DNA of 64,000 bases from Escherichia coli (GCF_003790525.1 NZ_CP033635.1), one strand, 5' to 3'; shown: positions 12,905 to 23,854, numbered from the stretch's first letter. Program-made: numbers and translations. The notes: generated by a model not told the origin, from the sequence alone.

Positions 12905-13350
12905 AAAGCCATGACCTGAAGAAAGCGCTGTGTCAATGGACGGCGATGCTGGCCCTGGTGGTGAGCGGCGCGGTTTGGGCGGCTAATGGCGTCGATTTTA
13001 GCCAGTCGCCGGAAGTATCCGGGACGCAGGAAGGGGCCATTCGGATGCCAAAAGAGCAGGAACGGATGCCGCTGAACTATGTGAATCAGCCGCCAATGAT
13101 CCCGCATAGCGTTGAAGGTTATCAGGTAACGACCAATACCAACCGCTGCTTGCAGTGCCACGGTGTCGAAAGCTATCGCACCACTGGCGCGCCGCGCATC
13201 AGTCCTACTCACTTTATGGACAGCGACGGCAAAGTGGGCGCGGAAGTGGCTCCGCGTCGTTATTTCTGTCTGCAATGTCACGTACCGCAGGCCGATACCG
13301 CGCCAATCGTGGGGAATACCTTTACCCCATCAAAAGGTTACGGGAAATAA
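12901..13350 (+). CDS. napB: Periplasmic di-haem cytochrome c NapB
   Basis: ORF 12880..13350 trimmed to the MKSHDLKK start (149 aa); signal peptide; two CxxCH motifs (CLQCH twice); ATGA overlap with the napH stop. Confidence 0.93.
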   Translation: MKSHDLKKALCQWTAMLALVVSGAVWAANGVDFSQSPEVSGTQEGAIRMPKEQERMPLNYVNQPPMIPHSVEGYQVTTNTNRCLQCHGVESYRTTGAPRISPTHFMDSDGKVGAEVAPRRYFCLQCHVPQADTAPIVGNTFTPSKGYGK

Positions 13351-13359
13351 GAGGTTATT

Positions 13360-13962
13360 ATGGGAAATTCTGACCGTAAGCCTGGTCTGATTAAGCGCCT
13401 GTGGAAATGGTGGCGTACCCCCAGCCGTTTGGCGCTGGGGACGCTACTGTTGATCGGTTTTGTCGGCGGCATCGTCTTCTGGGGCGGCTTTAACACCGGG
13501 ATGGAAAAAGCCAATACCGAAGAGTTCTGCATTAGCTGCCACGAAATGCGTAACACGGTGTATCAGGAATACATGGATTCCGTGCACTACAACAACCGTA
13601 GCGGCGTTCGTGCGACCTGTCCGGATTGTCACGTTCCGCACGAGTTTGTGCCGAAGATGATACGCAAGCTCAAAGCAAGTAAAGAGCTGTATGGTAAAAT
13701 TTTTGGCGTTATTGACACGCCGCAGAAATTTGAAGCTCATCGCCTGACGATGGCACAGAATGAGTGGCGGCGCATGAAGGACAATAACTCGCAGGAGTGC
13801 CGTAACTGTCACAACTTCGAGTATATGGATACAACCGCCCAGAAATCGGTTGCCGCGAAGATGCATGACCAGGCGGTGAAAGATGGGCAAACCTGTATTG
13901 ATTGCCATAAAGGGATAGCGCACAAGCTGCCCGATATGCGCGAAGTCGAGCCAGGTTTTTAA
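13360..13962 (+). CDS. napC: Membrane-anchored tetra-haem cytochrome c NapC (NapC/NirT family)
   Basis: 200-aa ORF; N-terminal TM anchor; four CxxCH motifs (CISCH, CPDCH, CRNCH, CIDCH). Confidence 0.95.
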   Translation: MGNSDRKPGLIKRLWKWWRTPSRLALGTLLLIGFVGGIVFWGGFNTGMEKANTEEFCISCHEMRNTVYQEYMDSVHYNNRSGVRATCPDCHVPHEFVPKMIRKLKASKELYGKIFGVIDTPQKFEAHRLTMAQNEWRRMKDNNSQECRNCHNFEYMDTTAQKSVAAKMHDQAVKDGQTCIDCHKGIAHKLPDMREVEPGF

Positions 13963-13974
13963 CAGGGTTATTGC

Positions 13975-14598
13975 GTGGGTATGCTTGAAGCCAGAGAGTT
14001 ACTTTGCGAGCGGGATGAACGAACCTTATTTAGTGGCTTGTCATTTACGCTGAACGCAGGAGAGTGGGTACAAATCACCGGTAGCAACGGCGCGGGGAAG
14101 ACAACGCTTCTCCGTTTGCTGACGGGGTTGTCTCGCCCTGATGCGGGTGACGTTCTCTGGCAAGGGCAGCCCTTGCATCAGGTACGCGACAGCTACCATC
14201 AAAACCTGTTATGGATAGGCCATCAGCCGGGGATCAAAACCCGGCTGACGGCGTTAGAAAATCTGCACTTTTATCATCGCGATGGCGATACCGCACAATG
14301 TCTGGAAGCCCTGGCGCAGGCTGGGCTTGCCGGATTCGAAGATATTCCGGTAAATCAACTTTCTGCCGGGCAACAACGCCGCGTCGCTTTAGCGCGTCTG
14401 TGGCTGACCCGTGCCACGTTATGGATCCTCGACGAGCCTTTTACCGCGATTGACGTTAACGGCGTCGATCGTCTGACCCAGCGTATGGCGCAGCATACGG
14501 AGCAGGGGGGGACTGTGATTCTGACTACCCACCAGCCGCTCAACGTTGCTGAAAGTAAAATTCGCCGCATTTCACTGACGCAAACGGGGGCCGCATGA
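13975..14598 (+). CDS. ccmA: Haem exporter ATP-binding protein CcmA
   Basis: 207-aa ORF, GTG start; Walker [10 protein letters not shown]. Confidence 0.94.
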   Translation: MGMLEARELLCERDERTLFSGLSFTLNAGEWVQITGSNGAGKTTLLRLLTGLSRPDAGDVLWQGQPLHQVRDSYHQNLLWIGHQPGIKTRLTALENLHFYHRDGDTAQCLEALAQAGLAGFEDIPVNQLSAGQQRRVALARLWLTRATLWILDEPFTAIDVNGVDRLTQRMAQHTEQGGTVILTTHQPLNVAESKIRRISLTQTGAA

Positions 14599-15257
14599 TG
14601 TTCTGGCGCATTTTCCGTCTTGAGCTGCGCGTGGCGTTTCGCCACAGCGCCGAAATCGCCAACCCGCTGTGGTTCTTCCTGATTGTCATTACCCTTTTTC
14701 CGCTCAGTATCGGTCCGGAGCCGCAACTGCTGGCGCGTATTGCACCGGGCATTATCTGGGTTGCCGCGCTGCTTTCATCCTTGCTGGCACTCGAGCGACT
14801 GTTCCGTGACGATTTGCAGGACGGCAGTCTTGAACAATTGATGTTGTTGCCGTTACCCTTGCCCGCCGTTGTGCTGGCGAAGGTGATGGCGCACTGGATG
14901 GTAACCGGTCTGCCGTTACTCATCCTTTCGCCCCTGGTAGCAATGCTACTGGGAATGGATGTTTATGGCTGGCAAGTGATGGCGCTGACGCTGCTGCTGG
15001 GAACGCCTACGCTTGGCTTTCTCGGTGCACCGGGCGTGGCGCTGACAGTGGGACTTAAGCGCGGTGGTGTGCTGCTCAGCATACTGGTGTTACCGCTGAC
15101 TATCCCATTACTCATCTTTGCCACCGCCGCGATGGACGCGGCTTCTATGCATTTGCCCGTTGATGGGTATCTGGCAATTTTAGGCGCGTTGCTGGCAGGC
15201 ACCGCGACATTAAGTCCTTTTGCGACGGCGGCAGCGTTACGAATCAGCATTCAATAA
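14595..15257 (+). CDS. ccmB: Haem exporter membrane protein CcmB
   Basis: 220-aa polytopic ORF; ATGA overlap with ccmA. Confidence 0.94.
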
Positions 15258-15298
15258 CGCTGGATTACTGATTTTTGTTCGAGTCTGGTATCGAAACT

Positions 15299-16036
15299 AT
15301 GTGGAAAACACTGCATCAACTGGCGATCCCACCACGGCTGTATCAAATCTGTGGCTGGTTTATACCGTGGCTGGCAATTGCCAGTGTGGTCGTGCTTACC
15401 GTCGGCTGGATCTGGGGATTCGGCTTTGCTCCGGCTGATTATCAGCAGGGAAATAGCTACCGCATTATCTACCTGCATGTGCCTGCGGCGATCTGGTCGA
15501 TGGGCATTTATGCATCAATGGCGGTGGCGGCGTTTATTGGCCTTGTCTGGCAGATGAAAATGGCCAACCTGGCGGTGGCGGCGATGGCCCCCATTGGTGC
15601 CGTGTTTACCTTTATTGCCCTGGTTACCGGCTCTGCATGGGGAAAACCGATGTGGGGCACCTGGTGGGTATGGGATGCACGTCTGACTTCTGAACTGGTG
15701 CTGCTGTTTTTGTATGTGGGTGTGATTGCCCTGTGGCACGCCTTCGACGACCGCCGTCTGGCGGGCCGTGCGGCAGGTATCCTGGTGCTGATTGGCGTGG
15801 TGAATCTGCCGATTATTCATTACTCCGTGGAGTGGTGGAACACCCTGCACCAGGGATCAACGCGGATGCAGCAAAGTATCGATCCGGCGATGCGTTCGCC
15901 GCTGCGCTGGTCGATTTTTGGCTTCCTGCTCCTGTCTGCCACGCTGACGCTGATGCGGATGCGTAATTTGATTTTGCTGATGGAAAAACGCCGTCCGTGG
16001 GTGAGTGAACTGATACTGAAAAGAGGCCGTAAATGA
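15299..16036 (+). CDS. ccmC: Haem exporter/lyase protein CcmC (WWD domain)
   Basis: ORF 15275..16036 trimmed to the MWKTLHQ start (245 aa); WGTWWVWDARL WWD motif. Confidence 0.93.
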   Translation: MWKTLHQLAIPPRLYQICGWFIPWLAIASVVVLTVGWIWGFGFAPADYQQGNSYRIIYLHVPAAIWSMGIYASMAVAAFIGLVWQMKMANLAVAAMAPIGAVFTFIALVTGSAWGKPMWGTWWVWDARLTSELVLLFLYVGVIALWHAFDDRRLAGRAAGILVLIGVVNLPIIHYSVEWWNTLHQGSTRMQQSIDPAMRSPLRWSIFGFLLLSATLTLMRMRNLILLMEKRRPWVSELILKRGRK

Positions 16037-16242
16037 CCCCTGCATTTGCTTCCTGGAATGAATTTTTCGCAATGGGCGGTTACGCCTTTTTTGTCTGGCT
16101 GGCGGTGGTGATGACCGTCATTCCGCTGGTGGTTTTGGTCGTGCACTCGGTGATGCAGCATCGCGCAATTCTGCGTGGCGTGGCGCAACAGCGGGCGCGT
16201 GAGGCGCGTTTACGTGCTGCGCAACAGCAGGAGGCTGCATGA
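16033..16242 (+). CDS. ccmD: Haem exporter small membrane protein CcmD
   Basis: 69-aa ORF; overlaps the ccmC stop and the ccmE start. Confidence 0.92.
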   Translation: MTPAFASWNEFFAMGGYAFFVWLAVVMTVIPLVVLVVHSVMQHRAILRGVAQQRAREARLRAAQQQEAA

Positions 16243-16718
16243 ATATTCGCCGTAAAAACCGCTTGTGGATTGCCTGTGCCGTGTTGGCGGGGCTGGCGCT
16301 GACTATCGGTCTGGTGCTATATGCGCTGCGCTCGAATATCGATCTCTTTTATACGCCGGGGGAAATTCTCTACGGCAAGCGTGAAACTCAGCAAATGCCG
16401 GAAGTCGGTCAGCGTCTGCGCGTTGGCGGGATGGTGATGCCGGGTAGTGTGCAGCGCGATCCCAATTCGCTAAAAGTAACTTTCACCATTTACGACGCTG
16501 AAGGTTCAGTAGATGTCTCTTACGAAGGCATTTTGCCGGATCTGTTCCGTGAAGGGCAGGGCGTTGTGGTGCAGGGCGAACTGGAAGAAGGCAATCATAT
16601 CCTCGCGAAAGAAGTGCTGGCGAAACACGATGAAAACTACACGCCGCCAGAAGTTGAGAAAGCGATGGAAGCCAATCACCGTCGCCCGGCGAGTGTTTAT
16701 AAGGACCCAGCATCATGA
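16239..16718 (+). CDS. ccmE: Periplasmic haem chaperone CcmE
   Basis: 159-aa ORF with N-terminal membrane anchor. Confidence 0.94.
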   Translation: MNIRRKNRLWIACAVLAGLALTIGLVLYALRSNIDLFYTPGEILYGKRETQQMPEVGQRLRVGGMVMPGSVQRDPNSLKVTFTIYDAEGSVDVSYEGILPDLFREGQGVVVQGELEEGNHILAKEVLAKHDENYTPPEVEKAMEANHRRPASVYKDPAS

Positions 16719-18658
16719 TGCCGGAAATTGGTAACGGGCTGCTGTGTCTGGCGCTAGGAATTGCGCTGCTGCTGTCCGTGTATCCGCTATGGGGCGTAGC
16801 GCGCGGAGATGCGCGCATGATGGCATCTTCCCGCTTGTTTGCCTGGCTGCTGTTTATGTCTGTGGCTGGCGCATTTCTGGTACTGGTCAATGCCTTCGTG
16901 GTCAACGACTTCACCGTCACCTATGTTGCCAGCAACTCCAATACCCAGCTTCCGGTGTGGTATCGCGTGGCGGCCACCTGGGGCGCGCATGAAGGCTCGC
17001 TCCTGCTGTGGGTGCTGCTGATGAGCGGCTGGACCTTTGCGGTAGCGATTTTTAGTCAGCGTATTCCGCTGGATATTGTGGCCCGCGTACTGGCGATAAT
17101 GGGGATGGTCAGCGTCGGCTTTTTGCTGTTCATTCTCTTTACCTCTAACCCGTTCTCACGCACGTTGCCGAACTTCCCGATTGAAGGTCGCGATCTTAAC
17201 CCGCTGTTACAGGATCCGGGGCTGATCTTCCATCCGCCTCTGCTTTATATGGGGTACGTCGGCTTCTCGGTGGCGTTTGCTTTTGCCATTGCTTCTTTGT
17301 TGAGCGGGCGTCTGGACAGCACTTATGCGCGTTTTACTCGTCCGTGGACGCTGGCGGCGTGGATCTTCTTGACGCTCGGCATTGTGCTCGGTTCCGCATG
17401 GGCCTATTACGAACTCGGCTGGGGCGGCTGGTGGTTCTGGGATCCGGTAGAAAACGCCTCGTTTATGCCGTGGCTGGTGGGGACTGCGCTGATGCACTCA
17501 CTGGCGGTCACTGAACAACGCGCCAGCTTCAAAGCGTGGACATTACTGCTGGCAATCAGTGCCTTCTCGTTGTGTCTGCTGGGGACTTTCCTGGTGCGTT
17601 CCGGCGTGCTGGTATCGGTACACGCGTTTGCCTCTGATCCGGCACGCGGTATGTTTATCCTCGCCTTTATGGTACTGGTGATTGGTGGTTCGCTGCTGCT
17701 GTTTGCCGCGCGTGGACACAAAGTTCGCTCACGCGTAAACAATGCGCTGTGGTCGCGGGAATCTCTGCTGTTAGCGAACAACGTTTTGCTGGTCGCCGCG
17801 ATGCTGGTGGTGTTGCTGGGGACGCTGCTGCCGCTGGTGCACAAGCAACTGGGACTGGGCAGTATTTCGATTGGCGAACCGTTCTTCAACACCATGTTTA
17901 CCTGGCTGATGGTGCCGTTTGCGCTGCTGCTTGGTGTCGGTCCTCTGGTGCGCTGGGGGCGCGATCGCCCACGTAAAATCCGCAATTTGTTGATTATCGC
18001 CTTCATCTCTACGCTGGTGCTGTCGCTGCTGTTGCCGTGGCTGTTCGAAAGCAAAGTGGTGGCGATGACGGTGCTCGGCCTGGCAATGGCCTGCTGGATT
18101 GCGGTGCTGGCAATTGCGGAAGCTGCGCTGCGTATTTCACGCGGCACGAAAACCACCTTCAGTTATTGGGGAATGGTGGCGGCTCACCTGGGGCTGGCAG
18201 TGACAATTGTTGGTATTGCCTTTAGCCAGAACTATAGCGTTGAGCGTGATGTGCGCATGAAGTCCGGCGATAGTGTCGATATCCATGAATATCGCTTCAC
18301 CTTCCGTGATGTCAAAGAGGTGACTGGCCCGAACTGGCGTGGCGGTGTGGCGACTATCGGCGTAACGCGCGATGGCAAGCCGGAAACGGTGCTGTATGCG
18401 GAAAAACGTTATTACAACACTGCCGGGTCGATGATGACCGAAGCGGCGATTGACGGCGGCATCACGCGTGACCTGTACGCCGCGCTCGGTGAAGAGCTGG
18501 AAAACGGCGCGTGGGCCGTGCGTCTTTACTACAAACCGTTTGTTCGCTGGATTTGGGCGGGCGGGCTGATGATGGCGTTGGGCGGACTGCTGTGTCTGTT
18601 TGATCCTCGCTATCGTAAGCGCGTGAGTCCGCAAAAAACTGCGCCGGAGGCTGTATGA
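16715..18658 (+). CDS. ccmF: Cytochrome c-type biogenesis haem lyase subunit CcmF
   Basis: 647-aa polytopic ORF with [15 protein letters not shown] motif. Confidence 0.95.
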   Translation: MMPEIGNGLLCLALGIALLLSVYPLWGVARGDARMMASSRLFAWLLFMSVAGAFLVLVNAFVVNDFTVTYVASNSNTQLPVWYRVAATWGAHEGSLLLWVLLMSGWTFAVAIFSQRIPLDIVARVLAIMGMVSVGFLLFILFTSNPFSRTLPNFPIEGRDLNPLLQDPGLIFHPPLLYMGYVGFSVAFAFAIASLLSGRLDSTYARFTRPWTLAAWIFLTLGIVLGSAWAYYELGWGGWWFWDPVENASFMPWLVGTALMHSLAVTEQRASFKAWTLLLAISAFSLCLLGTFLVRSGVLVSVHAFASDPARGMFILAFMVLVIGGSLLLFAARGHKVRSRVNNALWSRESLLLANNVLLVAAMLVVLLGTLLPLVHKQLGLGSISIGEPFFNTMFTWLMVPFALLLGVGPLVRWGRDRPRKIRNLLIIAFISTLVLSLLLPWLFESKVVAMTVLGLAMACWIAVLAIAEAALRISRGTKTTFSYWGMVAAHLGLAVTIVGIAFSQNYSVERDVRMKSGDSVDIHEYRFTFRDVKEVTGPNWRGGVATIGVTRDGKPETVLYAEKRYYNTAGSMMTEAAIDGGITRDLYAALGEELENGAWAVRLYYKPFVRWIWAGGLMMALGGLLCLFDPRYRKRVSPQKTAPEAV

Positions 18659-19212
18659 AGCGCAAAGTATTGTTAATTCCGTTGATTATCTTCCTGGCGA
18701 TTGCCGCGGCGCTGCTGTGGCAGCTGGCGCGTAATGCCGAAGGGGATGATCCGACCAATCTGGAATCGGCGCTCATTGGCAAGCCAGTGCCGAAGTTTCG
18801 CCTCGAATCACTGGACAATCCGGGGCAGTTTTATCAGGCGGATGTGCTGACTCAGGGCAAACCTGTGCTGCTTAACGTCTGGGCGACCTGGTGTCCGACC
18901 TGCCGTGCGGAACATCAATATCTGAATCAGCTTTCTGCGCAGGGCATTCGCGTGGTCGGCATGAACTATAAAGACGATCGCCAGAAGGCAATCAGCTGGC
19001 TGAAAGAGCTGGGCAATCCTTACGCACTAAGCCTGTTTGATGGCGACGGCATGTTAGGGCTGGATCTCGGTGTCTATGGCGCGCCAGAAACGTTCCTCAT
19101 CGACGGCAACGGCATCATTCGCTATCGCCATGCGGGCGATCTCAATCCTCGCGTCTGGGAAGAAGAGATCAAGCCGCTGTGGGAGAAATACAGTAAGGAG
19201 GCCGCACAATGA
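18655..19212 (+). CDS. ccmG: Thiol:disulfide interchange protein CcmG/DsbE
   Basis: 185-aa ORF; thioredoxin-fold WCPTC active site. Confidence 0.95.
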   Translation: MKRKVLLIPLIIFLAIAAALLWQLARNAEGDDPTNLESALIGKPVPKFRLESLDNPGQFYQADVLTQGKPVLLNVWATWCPTCRAEHQYLNQLSAQGIRVVGMNYKDDRQKAISWLKELGNPYALSLFDGDGMLGLDLGVYGAPETFLIDGNGIIRYRHAGDLNPRVWEEEIKPLWEKYSKEAAQ

Positions 19213-20261
19213 GGTTTTTATTGGGCGTGCTGATGCTGATGATCTCCGGCTCAGCGCTGGCGACCATCGACGTGTTGCAGTTTAAGGATGAAGCGCAGGA
19301 GCAGCAGTTCCGCCAACTCACTGAAGAACTACGCTGCCCGAAATGCCAGAACAACAGCATTGCCGATTCCAACTCGATGATTGCCACCGACCTGCGCCAG
19401 AAAGTGTATGAACTGATGCAGGAAGGTAAAAGTAAGAAAGAGATTGTCGATTATATGGTGGCGCGTTACGGCAACTTCGTCACTTACGATCCGCCGTTAA
19501 CGCCGCTGACCGTGCTGCTGTGGGTGCTTCCGGTAGTGGCTATTGGCATTGGCGGTTGGGTCATTTACGCCCGTTCGCGGCGTCGGGTACGCGTGGTGCC
19601 GGACGCGTTTCCTGAACAAAGCGTGCCGGAAGGTAAGCGTGCCGGATATATTGTTTATCTGCCGGGTATTGTGGTGGCGTTAATTGTGGCTGGCGTCAGC
19701 TACTACCAGACGGGCAATTATCAGCAGGTGAAAATCTGGCAGCAGGCCACGGCACAGGCTCCGGCGTTACTGGACAGGGCGCTGGATCCGAAAGCCGATC
19801 CGCTCAACGAAGAAGAGATGTCGCGCCTGGCGCTGGGGATGCGTACTCAACTGCAAAAAAATCCGGGAGATATAGAAGGCTGGATTATGTTGGGCCGCGT
19901 TGGCATGGCGCTGGGTAACGCCAGTATTGCCACCGATGCATACGCTACTGCATATCGCCTCGATCCGAAGAACAGTGATGCGGCGCTCGGATACGCTGAA
20001 GCGTTGACACGTTCATCTGATCCCAACGACAACCGCCTGGGTGGTGAACTGCTACGCCAGTTGGTGAGAACTGACCACAGCAATATCCGTGTGTTAAGCA
20101 TGTATGCGTTTAATGCCTTTGAGCAGCAGCGATTTGGCGAAGCCGTTGCCGCGTGGGAGATGATGTTGAAACTCTTACCTGCCAATGATACTCGCCGTGC
20201 GGTGATTGAACGTAGTATCGCGCAGGCGATGCAACATTTGTCGCCGCAGGAGAGTAAATAA
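19209..20261 (+). CDS. ccmH: Cytochrome c-type biogenesis protein CcmH (fused CcmH/CcmI type)
   Basis: 350-aa ORF; LRCPKCQ motif and TPR-like C-terminal region. Confidence 0.94.
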   Translation: MRFLLGVLMLMISGSALATIDVLQFKDEAQEQQFRQLTEELRCPKCQNNSIADSNSMIATDLRQKVYELMQEGKSKKEIVDYMVARYGNFVTYDPPLTPLTVLLWVLPVVAIGIGGWVIYARSRRRVRVVPDAFPEQSVPEGKRAGYIVYLPGIVVALIVAGVSYYQTGNYQQVKIWQQATAQAPALLDRALDPKADPLNEEEMSRLALGMRTQLQKNPGDIEGWIMLGRVGMALGNASIATDAYATAYRLDPKNSDAALGYAEALTRSSDPNDNRLGGELLRQLVRTDHSNIRVLSMYAFNAFEQQRFGEAVAAWEMMLKLLPANDTRRAVIERSIAQAMQHLSPQESK

Positions 20262-20263
20262 AA

Positions 20264-20299
20264 AGAGGCCCGATGGTGATGCCATCGGGCTATTTTTAT
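20264..20299. terminator. Bidirectional Rho-independent terminator shared by ccmH (+) and narP (-)
   Basis: Hairpin gcccgatgg-loop-ccatcgggc flanked by an A-run upstream and a T-run downstream, between the convergent ccmH and narP ends. Confidence 0.55.
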
Positions 20300-20943
20300 T
20301 GTGCCCCGCGTTGTTGCAGGAACAGAATGGTGGCCGCCACGCGTGAGCGGACATTGAGTTTACGCAGCAGATTGCGAATGTGTACTTTTACTGTCTGCTC
20401 GGAAATATTCAACACCGAGGCAATCTGTTTATTTGACAGCCCCTGTGCCAGCTCGTGCAGAACATCCAGCTCGCGCTCCGTCAGCACGCTGAAGGGATCT
20501 TCTTCTGCGCCAAACATTTCACGTTCACGTAAGTACTGATTGACGCGTTCGCTAAAGACTTTGCTGCCTTTCGCTCCGGCACGAATCGCTTCCAGCAACA
20601 CTTCCGGGTCGCTGTCTTTCAACAGATAACCGTCTGCGCCTGCGTCTATCAGCGCAAAGACATCGCTGGAGGCATCTGATACGGTCAGGATAATAATTTG
20701 CGCGGTAACGCCATCCCTGCGCAAGGCATTGAGGGTATCCAGGCCACTCATACCTTTCATATTGAGATCCAGTAAGATCACGTCGATATCCAGCCTATTC
20801 GCCAGATCGATCGCGCTCGCGCCGTCGCCCGCTTCGGCGACCACTTCAAAGCCAGGATCAAGCTCCAGTAACTGACGAACACCGCGTCGCATAAGTGGAT
20901 GATCATCCACAATCATCACCTGAAAAGGCGTTGCTTCAGGCAT
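20296..20943 (-). CDS. narP: Nitrate/nitrite response regulator NarP (receiver + LuxR-type HTH)
   Basis: ORF 20296..20973 trimmed to MPEATPFQVMIVDDHPLMRRG (215 aa); receiver domain and C-terminal LuxR/FixJ HTH. Confidence 0.94.
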   Translation of the reverse strand: MPEATPFQVMIVDDHPLMRRGVRQLLELDPGFEVVAEAGDGASAIDLANRLDIDVILLDLNMKGMSGLDTLNALRRDGVTAQIIILTVSDASSDVFALIDAGADGYLLKDSDPEVLLEAIRAGAKGSKVFSERVNQYLREREMFGAEEDPFSVLTERELDVLHELAQGLSNKQIASVLNISEQTVKVHIRNLLRKLNVRSRVAATILFLQQRGAQ

Positions 20944-21262
20944 AGTAGTCTCCTGAGGTTTTATTAGAATCATTATGTTTGAGCGTAGCGTTGGTAACGC
21001 TACCAGGCGCGTGAATGTTACCCCATTTTATGTATGGACATGTAGTGAAAACTACAACCTTGTCGTTCGCTTTGGCATCATTTTCATTATAAAGACGGAA
21101 TTTTGCATCAGCTTCTCATCAAGAAAAACAACTAAAAAATCAATCACAATACTTGTGCATTTCTTTAAACAGTTTTTAAAAACTGACTCCGGGTATGGAG
21201 CTATGGGTATTTTCTTTACCCAATGCTTTTAACAGCAATTAATTTCATAGGATGAAAGCTCA

Positions 21263-23854
21263 ATGCATCAATCTGGTTCTGTTTCTCTTTGTCGTTCCGC
21301 AATATCTGTTCTGGTGGCTACAGCGTTATATTCACCCATAGCATTGGCATCAACAGTTGAGTATGGTGAGACAGTTGATGGTGTTGTCCTGGAAAAAGAT
21401 ATCCAGCTGGTTTATGGGACCGCCAATAATACGAAAATCAATCCTGGCGGAGAACAGCATATTAAAGAATTTGGTATAAGTAGTAATACTGAAATTAACG
21501 GCGGGTATCAGTACATTGAAATGAATGGCACCGCAGAATACTCAGTATTAAATGATGGTTATCAAATTGTTCAAATGGGTGGCGCGGCAAACCAGACTAC
21601 CCTCAATAATGGTGTGCTACAGGTTTATGGCGCGGCGAATGAACCTACGATTAAAGGCGGGCGCTTAATCGTTGAAAAAGATGGGGGGACCGTCTTTGCC
21701 GCTATCGAAAAGGGAGGACTACTGGAGGTTAAAGAGGGGGGATTTGCGCTTGCGGTAGATCAGAAAGCAGGCGGTGCGATTAAAACAACCACGCGGGCCA
21801 TGGAGGTATTCGGAACAAACCGTCTCGGTCAGTTCGATATCAAGAATGGTATTGCTAATAATATGCTGTTGGAAAACGGCGGAAGTTTGCGAGTTGAAGA
21901 AAATGACTTCGCTTATAATACCACTGTGGATAATGGCGGCTTACTGGAGGTTATGGATGGCGGGACTGCAACTGGCGTTGATAAAAAAGCAGGCGGAAAA
22001 TTAATTGTCTCAACGAATGCGCTGGAAGTGAGTGGTACAAACAGTAAAGGCCAATTTAGTATAAAAGATGGTGTGTCAAAAAATTATGAACTGGATGATG
22101 GTTCCGGGCTCATTGTTATGGAGGACACGCAGGCCATTGATACTATCCTTGATGAGCATGCCACTATGCAATCGCTGGGAAAGGATACTGGTACGAGAGT
22201 GCAGGCAAATGCGGTATATGATCTCGGTCGATCAGATCAGAATGGAAGTATCACGTATTCCTCTAAAGCCATCTCTGAAAATATGGTTATCAACAATGGC
22301 CGCGCTAATGTCTGGGCTGGCACAATGGTTAACGTTTCAGTCAGAGGGAATGATGGCATTCTTGAGGTCATGAAGCCGCAAATAAATTATGCACCCGCTA
22401 TGTTGGTGGGTAGTGTCGTGGTTTCTGAGGGCGCTTCTTTAAGAACGCATGGTGCCGTGGATACCAGCAAAGCGGATGTTTCGCTCGATGGTAGCTCATG
22501 GACCATCATTGCCGATATCACTACGACGAACCAAAACACCCTCCTCAACTTAGCCAACCTTGCGATGTCTGACGCAAATGTGATTATGATGGATGAGCCA
22601 GTGACTCGTTCATCAGTGACGGCAAGTGCGGAAAATTTCATTACGTTGACCACCAATACCCTGTCGGGAAACGGCAATTTTTATATGCGTACCGATATGG
22701 CTAATCATCAGAGCGATCAGCTCAACGTCACCGGTCAGGCAACAGGTGATTTCAAAATATTCGTTACGGACACCGGTGCCAGCCCGGCAGCAGGAGATAG
22801 CCTTACACTGGTAACGACGGGCGGCGGTGATGCTGCATTTACGTTGGGCAATGCCGGAGGCGTTGTTGATATCGGTACGTATGAATATACCTTGCTGGAT
22901 AATGGCAACCATAGCTGGAGTCTGGCAGAGAATCGCGCGCAAATTACCCCTTCAACCACTGATGTGCTGAATATGGCGGCAGCACAACCGCTGGTATTTG
23001 ATGCAGAACTGGACACCGTGCGTGAGCGTCTTGGTAGCGTAAAAGGCGTTAATTACGATACGGCGATGTGGAGTTCGGCAATTAACACCCGCAACAACGT
23101 GACCACTGATGCGGGAGCTGGCTTTGAGCAAACATTGACGGGGCTGACGCTTGGTATCGATAGCCGTTTCTCCCGTGAAGAAAGCAGTACAATTCGCGGC
23201 TTGTTCTTTGGTTACTCTCATTCTGATATTGGTTTTGATCGCGGCGGCAAAGGCAATATCGATAGCTATACCCTGGGGGCTTATGCCGGTTGGGAGCATC
23301 AGAACGGTGCCTATGTTGATGGGGTGGTGAAAGTTGACCGTTTTGCCAACACCATCCATGGCAAGATGAGTAATGGGGCAACAGCGTTTGGCGATTACAA
23401 TAGTAACGGCGCGGGTGCTCATGTCGAGAGCGGGTTCCGTTGGGTTGACGGATTGTGGAGTGTTAGACCTTATCTGGCCTTTACCGGCTTTACCACAGAT
23501 GGTCAGGACTACACGTTATCAAACGGCATGCGCGCGGATGTGGGAAATACCCGCATATTACGGGCTGAAGCGGGAACGGCGGTAAGCTATCACATGGACC
23601 TGCAAAACGGTACGACGCTGGAACCCTGGCTGAAAGCCGCCGTACGTCAGGAATACGCCGATTCTAACCAGGTGAAAGTTAATGACGATGGCAAATTTAA
23701 TAATGATGTGGCTGGAACCCGTGGCGTTTATCAGGCTGGGATAAGGTCATCGTTTACCCCGACGTTAAGCGGTCATTTGTCAGTCAGTTATGGCAATGGC
23801 GCAGGGGTAGAATCGCCGTGGAATACTCAGGCGGGTGTGGTCTGGACGTTCTGA
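21263..23854 (+). CDS. yejO: Autotransporter (type Va) adhesin-like outer-membrane protein YejO
   Basis: 863-aa ORF; N-terminal signal-like region, repetitive Gly/Asn-rich passenger with about 60-aa internal repeats, C-terminal beta-barrel translocator ending ...AGVVWTF. Confidence 0.85.
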   Translation: MHQSGSVSLCRSAISVLVATALYSPIALASTVEYGETVDGVVLEKDIQLVYGTANNTKINPGGEQHIKEFGISSNTEINGGYQYIEMNGTAEYSVLNDGYQIVQMGGAANQTTLNNGVLQVYGAANEPTIKGGRLIVEKDGGTVFAAIEKGGLLEVKEGGFALAVDQKAGGAIKTTTRAMEVFGTNRLGQFDIKNGIANNMLLENGGSLRVEENDFAYNTTVDNGGLLEVMDGGTATGVDKKAGGKLIVSTNALEVSGTNSKGQFSIKDGVSKNYELDDGSGLIVMEDTQAIDTILDEHATMQSLGKDTGTRVQANAVYDLGRSDQNGSITYSSKAISENMVINNGRANVWAGTMVNVSVRGNDGILEVMKPQINYAPAMLVGSVVVSEGASLRTHGAVDTSKADVSLDGSSWTIIADITTTNQNTLLNLANLAMSDANVIMMDEPVTRSSVTASAENFITLTTNTLSGNGNFYMRTDMANHQSDQLNVTGQATGDFKIFVTDTGASPAAGDSLTLVTTGGGDAAFTLGNAGGVVDIGTYEYTLLDNGNHSWSLAENRAQITPSTTDVLNMAAAQPLVFDAELDTVRERLGSVKGVNYDTAMWSSAINTRNNVTTDAGAGFEQTLTGLTLGIDSRFSREESSTIRGLFFGYSHSDIGFDRGGKGNIDSYTLGAYAGWEHQNGAYVDGVVKVDRFANTIHGKMSNGATAFGDYNSNGAGAHVESGFRWVDGLWSVRPYLAFTGFTTDGQDYTLSNGMRADVGNTRILRAEAGTAVSYHMDLQNGTTLEPWLKAAVRQEYADSNQVKVNDDGKFNNDVAGTRGVYQAGIRSSFTPTLSGHLSVSYGNGAGVESPWNTQAGVVWTF

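Noticed and set aside
15230-15300. Apparent 1-nt frame disagreement between my hand count and the ORF-track coordinates at the ccmB/ccmC junction (and similarly near 20260..20296)
   Set aside because: The ORF-track translations are full-length and match CcmB, CcmC, CcmH and NarP, so this is almost certainly an error in my by-eye reading of the text rather than a real frameshift. I used the ORF-track coordinates.
17407-18156. 249-aa minus-strand ORF
   Set aside because: Antisense within ccmF; Ser/Ala-rich low-complexity translation.
20975-21232. 85-aa plus-strand ORF in the narP-yejO intergenic region
   Set aside because: AT-rich promoter region shared by divergent narP and yejO; translation is low-complexity (Phe/Ile-rich) with no ribosome-binding site; likely a chance frame.
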